Below, in pieces: positions 9,396 to 16,497 of a stretch of DNA of 28,253 bases. Under the pieces are notes generated by a model that saw only the letters and a program-made list of their open reading frames with translations, was not told where the DNA came from and did no database searches. Origin of the DNA: Thermoanaerobaculia bacterium (GTDB taxonomy: Bacteria > Acidobacteriota > Thermoanaerobaculia > Multivoradales > UBA5704); NCBI GenBank assembly GCA_044226625.1, contig JBGAGQ010000076.1, forward strand, positions 1-28,253, given 5' to 3'. The position numbers and the translations under genes are program-made. Positions within the stretch are counted from its first letter, which is position 1, and each line of letters begins with the position of its first letter.

Positions 9396-10154
9396 ATGAG
9401 ACCCGCGAAAGTTCTCAGATCATCGATCTGCCTGCTGATCCTCGCTGCCGCGCCGCTTGCCGCCGAATCGACGATTTCCTGCCCGAGCGGCAAGATCGAC
9501 GTGCTCGACTGGTTGACGCTCGACGCCAACCTTCGAAGCTCCAAACACATGGAAGGCTCGGGTGGCTACATCTACACGGTGGTCAACTCCGATAAGTACT
9601 ACTGGATGAAGACCCCCCAAGGGGACACCTGGGACATCAATCTGTATGACGCGAACCGGATCTACCTCTGGATCACCGAGTCCGGATACGGCACCCCTCG
9701 CAACTTCAAGAAGGCCCACCTCAACACCAACGTTCCTTTCATGGACCGTTGTGCGACCCCGGGGTTTCCGGGCAATCCGATCACGGTCGCGAACAACACC
9801 TATGACAACGTGATCAATTGCAGCACGCAGAGCGGCCTGATCGACGTCGGCAAGTCGGTCATGGAGCTCTGGGGGCCCTATACCGCCGGCCATCCCGGTT
9901 TGGAAGCGACGCGCACGCGAATCGGCGGTGATGTCCCGGACAACACGACGGTGTACGTCGTCAGCTATCGGTGGAGTTGCGACAACAACTACTCGAACTG
10001 CGCCACGAAGGAAGAATTCACGCTGGCCCAGGCCTACGGGCTCGTGCGATGGAATGCGTGGAAGTGGACGGGGCTCTCGTACATCCCCGACGGCGAGTCG
10101 ACGTTCAACCTCCTGCGAACCGGAGTGGTGAACCCGAATTTCCCCTGCTTCTGA
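9396..10154 (+). CDS. Secreted hypothetical protein (6 Cys in the mature chain; Asn/Thr/Tyr/Trp-rich)
   Basis: AAGGAG RBS and signal peptide ending APLAA. Composition differs from the neighbours, and it lies on the opposite strand to both flanking genes. Confidence 0.85.
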   Translation: MRPAKVLRSSICLLILAAAPLAAESTISCPSGKIDVLDWLTLDANLRSSKHMEGSGGYIYTVVNSDKYYWMKTPQGDTWDINLYDANRIYLWITESGYGTPRNFKKAHLNTNVPFMDRCATPGFPGNPITVANNTYDNVINCSTQSGLIDVGKSVMELWGPYTAGHPGLEATRTRIGGDVPDNTTVYVVSYRWSCDNNYSNCATKEEFTLAQAYGLVRWNAWKWTGLSYIPDGESTFNLLRTGVVNPNFPCF

Positions 10155-10199
10155 TCGGGGCGATGGGCACTTGAAAGTCTCGGCCCCAAGGTGGAGGGG

Positions 10200-10967
10200 T
10201 TATCTGCCGATTGTCCGAACTTCGGTCGCTAGGGCTTGTCGCGACCAGGGGCGCGGGTGGAACAAGTAGGCGGTGCGACCGATGAGCTTCAAGGGTACGG
10301 GCTCGTCGGTCGCGAGCCCGACGCTCGTTCGGCAGAGAGATGTCGAGAAGTCGCGCCCTCGCGCGAGCGAGGTCCGAATCGCCGGCCCCTCGGAGCCCAT
10401 CTGGAAGAGCATCGGCACCGCCTCGTCGATGGGGAGGTCGGCGATCCACGGATCGCCCAAGCACCAAGAGGCGAGCGCGGTGATCGACAGCGATGCGTCG
10501 CGCGGCAAGGCACGGCGGAGCTCTCGCAACAGCGCCCGATAGAACGGTCTTTGCGCTCGGGTCGCGTCGAAATCGATCTGCACGCCCGAGGCATGCCAAC
10601 GTCGGACCAGCGGAACGATCTCCCGGGCGAGCCCGGGGATCGCTTCGGAGGGGAGGCCTGAAGTCCCCCGTGCCGCCTCGATCCGCACTACGGCGAGCCG
10701 CGGCACGGCGTCCGGCATCGAGATTGGCTGCCTCCGCGCCGCGAGTCGGGCGCCGCCGTTCTCGAGCCTCACCGTGCCGGCGAGCAGAGCCACAGCGGTC
10801 TTTCTCGGGTCGAGGAACTCCAACCGCTCGGGTCGCTCCCAGGCCCAGACCACGATCGGGCGACGGGCCACGCCGTGGGGACGCGAACAGCCCGCCAGGA
10901 TCGCGATCGCGATGGAACCCAGGAGCGCCATTGAGAGAATGCGAGCTCGAGGCAGGCCGCTTTGCAT
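10200..10967 (-). CDS. DUF3142-family putative lipoprotein (GH18-like TIM barrel by inference)
   Basis: Lipobox LAGC; motifs VVWAWERPE, GVQIDFDA, LSITALASWC and DEAVPMLFQMG. An alternative start is ATG 10931. Confidence 0.8.
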   Translation of the reverse strand: MQSGLPRARILSMALLGSIAIAILAGCSRPHGVARRPIVVWAWERPERLEFLDPRKTAVALLAGTVRLENGGARLAARRQPISMPDAVPRLAVVRIEAARGTSGLPSEAIPGLAREIVPLVRRWHASGVQIDFDATRAQRPFYRALLRELRRALPRDASLSITALASWCLGDPWIADLPIDEAVPMLFQMGSEGPAIRTSLARGRDFSTSLCRTSVGLATDEPVPLKLIGRTAYLFHPRPWSRQALATEVRTIGR

Positions 10968-10976
10968 CCCTGAAGC

Positions 10977-12182
10977 TTACCGAAGCTTCGCCGTAACCTC
11001 CCCTCGCGAAGCCAACCCCACTCGCTCCACCCGATCGAGAGCCCGTTCGAGGTCGTCCAGCAGGTCGCGCACGTCCTCCAACCCTACCGAGATCCGTAGC
11101 AGCCCGGGACCGATCCCGGCGCGGCGCCGTGCTTCTTCGTCCATCGAGGCGTGGGTCATCGTCGCCGGGTGGGCGATCAGGCTCTCAACCCCGCCGAGCG
11201 ATTCGGCGAGGGTGAAGCAGGCGAGGCTCTCGACGAATGGCTCGACCGCGTTCGGATCGAGCAGCTCGAAGCTCACCATGCCGCCGAATCCCGCCTGCTG
11301 CCGCTTCGCGACCTCATGGCCTGGATGGGTGGAAAGCCCCGGGTAGTGCACCCGAGCGACGGCAGGATGCTCGGCGAGGAATGCCGCCACGGCGTGGGCG
11401 TTCTCCTCGTGAACGCGCATCCGAGCGGAGAGGGTGCGCAGGCCGCGGAGAGTGAGGTAGCTGTCGAACGGCGAGCCGGTCAGACCTGCGGCGTTCGCCC
11501 ACCAGGCGAGTCGTTCGAGGAGCCCGGGATCCTTCGCCACGACCGCGCCGCCGACCACGTCGCTGTGTCCGTTCAGATATTTGGTCGTCGAGTGGACGAC
11601 CAGATCGGCGCCGAGGGTGAGCGGCAGCTGGAGCGCGGGAGAGAGGAATGTGTTGTCTACGGCCACCCGGGCGCCGTGGGAGTGGGCTAGCGCGCCAAGG
11701 CGCGCGAGATCGTAGATGCGTAGCAGCGGGTTCGAAGGGCTTTCGATCCACACCCAGGATGGACGCCTCGCGAGCGCCGCGCGGAGCGCGGCCGGGTCGC
11801 CGAAGTCGGCGAACTCGACGTCGAGCCAGCCTTTTTCGGCGTAGTGGCGGAGCAGTCGATAGGTGCCTCCGTAGCCGTCGTTCTGCGCGAGCAGCCGTTC
11901 GCCGCGCGAGAGCAAATGGAGGACGAGCGCCACGGCCGACATGCCGCTCGAGGTCACCACCGCTCCGGCGCCCCCTTCGAGCGCGGCGAGCGCCTCGGCG
12001 AGCTGGTCGCGAGTGGGATTCCGGGTGCGCGAGTATTCGTAGGCGCCCGGCCGATCGAATCCGGAAAACGCGTAGGTCGCCGAGAGCGAGATCGGCGGCA
12101 TCACGGCGCCGGTCCGCGGATCCGAACCGATCCCCGCGCGGACCGCGCGAGTGGACGGACGGAGAGGACGGAGATCGGTCAT
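10977..12182 (-). CDS. metB: Cystathionine gamma-synthase (Cys/Met metabolism PLP enzyme)
   Basis: YSRTRNPTR, IESPSNP, VDNTF, PLP-lysine motif HSTTKYLNGHSD, and LAESLGGVESL. Operon context with metX and hom. Confidence 0.92.
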   Translation of the reverse strand: MTDLRPLRPSTRAVRAGIGSDPRTGAVMPPISLSATYAFSGFDRPGAYEYSRTRNPTRDQLAEALAALEGGAGAVVTSSGMSAVALVLHLLSRGERLLAQNDGYGGTYRLLRHYAEKGWLDVEFADFGDPAALRAALARRPSWVWIESPSNPLLRIYDLARLGALAHSHGARVAVDNTFLSPALQLPLTLGADLVVHSTTKYLNGHSDVVGGAVVAKDPGLLERLAWWANAAGLTGSPFDSYLTLRGLRTLSARMRVHEENAHAVAAFLAEHPAVARVHYPGLSTHPGHEVAKRQQAGFGGMVSFELLDPNAVEPFVESLACFTLAESLGGVESLIAHPATMTHASMDEEARRRAGIGPGLLRISVGLEDVRDLLDDLERALDRVERVGLASRGEVTAKLR

Positions 12183-13237
12183 CGCGCACCCCCGAGGTCC
12201 GCTCGTCCATTCGGTCTGACATCGGATTCAAGGTTCGAGCGCAAATCCGAGGAGAGGATTGCACCGATCGTCTCGTTCTCTTTGAGGAAGGCGTCGTGGC
12301 CGTAGATCGACTCGATCTCGACCAGCCGGACCGGACCGGCCAGGCGCGCGGCGAGCGAGCGGATCTGCTCGATCGGCACGAGCTCGTCGGAGGTGGCGGC
12401 GACCAGGGTCGTCGGCGTCGCGATCCCCTCGGGCTCCACTCGGTGGAGGTCGATCGCGAGCGAGAGGGAGAGGAACGCCGCGGGATGGAACCGGTCGGCG
12501 AAATCGCGTCCCCGGGCTTCGAGGTACGACTCGACCGGGAATCGCGCTCGGCCCTCGTCGACTCGTGCCGGCTCGGCGAATCGATTCCCGAGCTCCTCTC
12601 GGCTTCGATAGGTGGTGAGCGCGAGGGAGCGGGCGAGCGCCAGCGCTTCGCTACCCGCGCCGGTGCGGTTTCCCAGCTCGACGATCCGCCGTTGAACGCT
12701 CCGCCAGGCGGAGGAACGCGGATGGCTCTCATGCGCCGCCGAGATCGCCGTCACCCCGCCGATCCGATCGGGAGCGAGGGAGGCGAAGGCGAGCGCCACC
12801 ATCCCGCCATAGGAGGCGCCGATGAAGCGCTCGATCCGTTCGATGCCCAGCTCGTCGAGCAAGGCGAGGAGCGCGCGGGCCTGATCGCCGGAGGAGACGA
12901 GAGGGAACGGCTCGCCCGGAGCGGCCGAACGGCTCGGGCCCGACGAGGCGCCGATGCCGCCCAGCCAGTCGCTCGAGAGCACTCGGAATCGTTCGGTGTC
13001 GACCGCGCCCTCCGGTCCGACGAGGTCCTGCCACCAGCCGGGGCTCGGGTCCGCCGCGGTCGCGGTCGCGTGACGCCCGGCGGAGATCCCTCCCTGCACG
13101 ACGACGACCGGCGCGTCCGGAGGCCCTGAAAGCTCGAAGCCGAGCAGCCCGGCTCGGAGCGCGCCGCCATGTTCAAGCGCAAACTCGGGGCGGAGGAAAA
13201 GGAGTCCCGTGCCCGCCGTGATCTCGACCGCGCTCAT
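12179..13237 (-). CDS. metX: Homoserine O-acyltransferase, MetX family (probably the succinyltransferase type)
   Basis: GGISA, GWW, nucleophile elbow GASYGGM and catalytic YGHDAFLKE. The real start is MSAVEIT at 13237, with ATGA overlaps at both ends. Confidence 0.9.
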   Translation of the reverse strand: MSAVEITAGTGLLFLRPEFALEHGGALRAGLLGFELSGPPDAPVVVVQGGISAGRHATATAADPSPGWWQDLVGPEGAVDTERFRVLSSDWLGGIGASSGPSRSAAPGEPFPLVSSGDQARALLALLDELGIERIERFIGASYGGMVALAFASLAPDRIGGVTAISAAHESHPRSSAWRSVQRRIVELGNRTGAGSEALALARSLALTTYRSREELGNRFAEPARVDEGRARFPVESYLEARGRDFADRFHPAAFLSLSLAIDLHRVEPEGIATPTTLVAATSDELVPIEQIRSLAARLAGPVRLVEIESIYGHDAFLKENETIGAILSSDLRSNLESDVRPNGRADLGGAR

Positions 13238-14397
13238 CGGGCACCTCCCACCGTGGTGACGCTGAGGAGACGCCCGCGGTCGAACGAAGCGAGATCGGCG
13301 AGCAACGCATCGGCCGTGCCATCGGGGCCGAGCCCGGCGCCGACGTGGACCGAAAGACCACGTCCGGTGCGGTAGGCGTAGACCACGCGGTCGGAGGGAA
13401 CGGCGAGATGGCTGCCGCGAGGGATCTCTTCGTAGGCCAGCCGGAATTCGCCGTCTCGCGAGGCGCGGCCGACCAGGCGCGTGGTCGTTCGGCGCGTTGG
13501 ACGGGCGCGGACCACTTCGGAATTGAGCGCGCGGAGGTCGATCTTCGGCAGATCGGCGGGGGAACGATCGAGCCCCCAAAGTGTGCGAGCGACGATCGAA
13601 AGCTTGATCGCCGCGTCGGTACCGTCGAGGTCATGCGTCGGGTCGGTTTCGAGCAGCCCGCGCCGGGTGGCGGCGGCGATCCCCTCTTCCCAGGTACGGC
13701 CCGCTTCCACTTCTTCGATCAGCGCCGTGGTCGACGCGTTGCCGACGATCTCCACTTCCGAGCAGCCGCCACGAAGCTCGGCGAGCTCGCGCGCGAGATG
13801 CGCGCCCGTGCCCCCTAAAACGGCATTCCAGCCGATCCTCGGCAGATGGATCGGCGAGAGGATTGTGTCGGCGGCGAGGCAGAGAGAATCCTTCGCCGCG
13901 AGCGCGAGCGCGGCACCGCTTTCGAGGGTGAGGAGAGCGCGGCGAACGGCGGCCTCGGCACGGCTCAGATCGGTAGGGGTCGCGTCGACGACCCTTTCGG
14001 CGGCGGCGAGCGCGAGCCCGTCCTCAGTGGAGATCGGGAGCCCGTCGGCGTGCCGGCCCAGAGATCCGCCGCGCCGCTTGAACGCGACGATCGCTCGCGG
14101 CTCGAGGCCGCGCGGATCGAACAGAGTGCCGGTCGAGTCGCTCACCGCGACCAGCCGCAGCGGCAGCCTGCCGATCCGCTCGAGCAGGGCGAGGCCGACC
14201 TTGCCGGGGCCGAGGAGGTGAAGGGTTGGGAAGGAAGGGGAGGAACTCGACGAGAGGGAGGTCGGCGAGGGGGGAGACAACGGACGCGTATTCGCCGTGG
14301 GCGAGCTGCCCGAACAGGCGAACGCTGAAGTGGGCGTTGACGAAGAAGGCGTGGCGGCGGACGGAGTGGCGGAGAGAGAAGCGGCGGCGGACGTCAT
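13234..14397 (-). CDS. hom: Homoserine dehydrogenase (divergent, no ACT domain) with a Ser/Thr/Pro-rich N-terminal extension
   Basis: Rossmann motif GPGKVG, VVDATPT, ETDPTHDLDGTDAAIK and GAGLGPDGTADALLADL. ATG 14397 follows GAGGAG. Confidence 0.8.
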   Translation of the reverse strand: MTSAAASLSATPSAATPSSSTPTSAFACSGSSPTANTRPLSPPSPTSLSSSSSPSFPTLHLLGPGKVGLALLERIGRLPLRLVAVSDSTGTLFDPRGLEPRAIVAFKRRGGSLGRHADGLPISTEDGLALAAAERVVDATPTDLSRAEAAVRRALLTLESGAALALAAKDSLCLAADTILSPIHLPRIGWNAVLGGTGAHLARELAELRGGCSEVEIVGNASTTALIEEVEAGRTWEEGIAAATRRGLLETDPTHDLDGTDAAIKLSIVARTLWGLDRSPADLPKIDLRALNSEVVRARPTRRTTTRLVGRASRDGEFRLAYEEIPRGSHLAVPSDRVVYAYRTGRGLSVHVGAGLGPDGTADALLADLASFDRGRLLSVTTVGGAR

Positions 14398-14400
14398 GGT

Positions 14401-14459
14401 CGATCTCCTCGTTCGCTCGGGCGCGTTAGAAGCGTCGAGCGAGGTCGATCCGGAGATCG
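14401..14459 (-). promoter_or_regulatory. RBS-sequestering hairpin (candidate riboswitch expression platform)
   Basis: mRNA CGAUCUCC pairs with GGAGAUCG, which contains the SD. Inner stem UCGCUCG/CGAGCGA. Confidence 0.6.
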
Positions 14460-14540
14460 TCGGCTGCCAGGGAAAGCGTCGTCGGAGAGAGGCGCCCGCC
14501 GGTGGTCTATTCGAGGCGGAGAGCCTCGCGCACCGTTCGG

Positions 14541-14686
14541 ACTCATCTTCCGGCGAACCGCTCGACCCGGGGAACACGACGCCTCCGGAGGGTTTCCGTT
14601 GGATTTGGCACCACCGCGAAGAATTTCTCCCTCGCAGGTTGCCCCGGCGTCTTCGGGCCAATTCCCTCAGCCGGTCTCGATGAGCG
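14541..14686 (-). ncRNA. SAM-I (S-box) riboswitch aptamer
   Basis: CUCAUCGAGA...GAGGGAAUUGGCCCGAAGA...GCAACC...GGUGCCAAAUCC...GGAAGAUGAG, with P1 CUCAUC/GAUGAG, upstream of met genes. Confidence 0.93.
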
Positions 14687-14691
14687 GGCGG

Positions 14692-14721
14692 ATTGTGAGG
14701 TGATGAGGCCTAAAAAGTCAA
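14692..14721 (-). promoter_or_regulatory. Sigma70-type promoter of the met operon
   Basis: TTGACT-N18-CACAAT, ending 7 nt before riboswitch P1. Confidence 0.65.
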
Positions 14722-14775
14722 TGGACCCGAGGCGGGGGTTGCCGTCCAGCGGAGCGCGAAGGGAAGGAGACGCCT

Positions 14776-16422
14776 TCAGGCTTCCGCGCCGTCGTGCGGT
14801 CGGAGAGTTCGCCAAGCCTCCGGTCCGAGAAACGCGACGAATACGACCAGCAAGCCCCAGGACAACAGGCCGTAGCGCATTTCGAACGACGGGGTCAGGA
14901 AGTGGAGCGCGTAGAGCCCGAGGTTCACCGCGAGCGTTCCGTAGAGCAGGAGCCGGCTGCGAAGGAGGGGAATGAGCAGCAGCATCTGCCAGTAGTAGCA
15001 GGTGGTGAGGACCAGGGCGAACACCGCGATCGGGCCGAGGAGCGCGGCGGGCGCCGGTTTCATCCGCCACGCGGTGGCGCCGACGAGCGCCAGCAGAACG
15101 CCCTGCGCGAGCCAGAGGAACGGGCGGCGCGCGGCGGCGAGGGCGTCCATCTTTGCCTGCCAATGGATCCAGGGCTCGGGGAGCGAGAAGTCGACCAGTT
15201 CGCGGCGGAACGTCGGTCTATCGTAGAGGAGGACATCGGCGAGCCCGACGTTGTTGGTGAGCCAGGTCCGCGAGTGCTGTGCGATGTGCTCCGCGAATTC
15301 CCCCCAGGCCGCGGGGCCTCGGCCGGCGAGGGAGCCGGCGCCTGCCGCGATGGCGCCGGCGAGGGCGAAACCGAGCGCGAAGTCGAGCGCCCAGCGTGGG
15401 CGCTCGCGGCGGAGCAGGGCACGCAGGGCGACCACGGCCGGGCCGATCACGAAGAGGACGGGGAAGATCCGCACCGCCGCGGCGTAGGCGAAACAGGCTC
15501 CCGCCCAACGATTGCGCCCCTTTTGGAGCAGGCAGATGCCAATCCCGATCGCGGCGAGCCAATCCTCGCGCAGGAACGCGCCGCCCACCCAGAAGTAGCG
15601 TCCGGCGTAGTTGATCCCGAACAGCGCGAGCGCCACTAGCCCCCAACGTGTGCCGTAGGTTCTCGAGACGACGACGAAGAGGACGACGAGGAGGGCGAGG
15701 TCGAGGCAGGCGAAAGCGGTGAGCGTACCCTCGTTGATCGGCGGCCAACCGGCGAACAGGCGCGCCACGAAGGTCCAGCTCGGCGGCGGATTGAAGCCAT
15801 GGTCGAGGCGGATCGATGCCAGGTATCCGGGATCGTTGTGGGCGACGAAGAAATCGTTGTCGGCGACGAATGCACGCCAACGCTCAGGGGTAAAGCGCGC
15901 GACCACCGTCCTGCGCCGAGCGATCGATTCGGGAGCGTCGGTCGCGACGACCTGGTTGGTCCGCAGATCTCGGTAGGAGGTGTGGAGGACGGCGCCGGGA
16001 TCTCGGCTCCGCTGCGCCTCGATCGAGGCGTCGTAGAGGCCCTCGTAGCCAAGCTCTGGAAAGTATTTCGCGCCGAGTGCGTAGTGGAACTGTTCCCAAT
16101 GATGGATGAACGTCCGGCCGTGGAACGCGCCGAAGCTCAAGTAGCCCGCCGAGGCGAGGAGGGCCGCGAGGACCAGCGCGGCACCCGGCCGTTCTCGCTT
16201 CCGCGAGGTCGCGGCGGGCGTGAGCTCGCGGATCAGCAGCAGGGCGACGACCGCGACCGCGAGAGCCGCCTTCACGCGGATCTCCGAATCTTCGTTCTGC
16301 GGAAAGTCGGAGCGCCAGAGCGCGAACGTGGCGAACAGTCCCACGGCCGCGACCGCCCAAAGGACGGCGCGGACTTTCGAGGTAGGCGCCGTGTCACGCC
16401 GTGGTGGGGGTTTCTTCGCCAT
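14776..16422 (-). CDS. Polytopic membrane protein, GT-C-fold (GT87-like) glycosyltransferase candidate
   Basis: Many TM segments and a large soluble loop (HHWEQFHYALGAKYFPELGY...DHGFNPPPSW), plus VRIFP. The function is an inference. Confidence 0.6.
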   Translation of the reverse strand: MAKKPPPRRDTAPTSKVRAVLWAVAAVGLFATFALWRSDFPQNEDSEIRVKAALAVAVVALLLIRELTPAATSRKRERPGAALVLAALLASAGYLSFGAFHGRTFIHHWEQFHYALGAKYFPELGYEGLYDASIEAQRSRDPGAVLHTSYRDLRTNQVVATDAPESIARRRTVVARFTPERWRAFVADNDFFVAHNDPGYLASIRLDHGFNPPPSWTFVARLFAGWPPINEGTLTAFACLDLALLVVLFVVVSRTYGTRWGLVALALFGINYAGRYFWVGGAFLREDWLAAIGIGICLLQKGRNRWAGACFAYAAAVRIFPVLFVIGPAVVALRALLRRERPRWALDFALGFALAGAIAAGAGSLAGRGPAAWGEFAEHIAQHSRTWLTNNVGLADVLLYDRPTFRRELVDFSLPEPWIHWQAKMDALAAARRPFLWLAQGVLLALVGATAWRMKPAPAALLGPIAVFALVLTTCYYWQMLLLIPLLRSRLLLYGTLAVNLGLYALHFLTPSFEMRYGLLSWGLLVVFVAFLGPEAWRTLRPHDGAEA

Positions 16423-16497
16423 CCGTGCGGTCGATGATAGCGAACGCGGAGGCGCCGTTTCAGATCTCGCGGCGGCCGATCGAATCGAGATGAGGCG

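Noticed and set aside
13238-13579. Long N-terminal extension of MetX in the ORF track
   Set aside because: It overlaps hom. The ATGA-coupled start at 13237 is much more plausible.
14398-14661. Upstream extension of the hom ORF, and a possible second tandem riboswitch
   Set aside because: The extension runs through the SAM-I aptamer, and no second aptamer core was recognisable in the linker.
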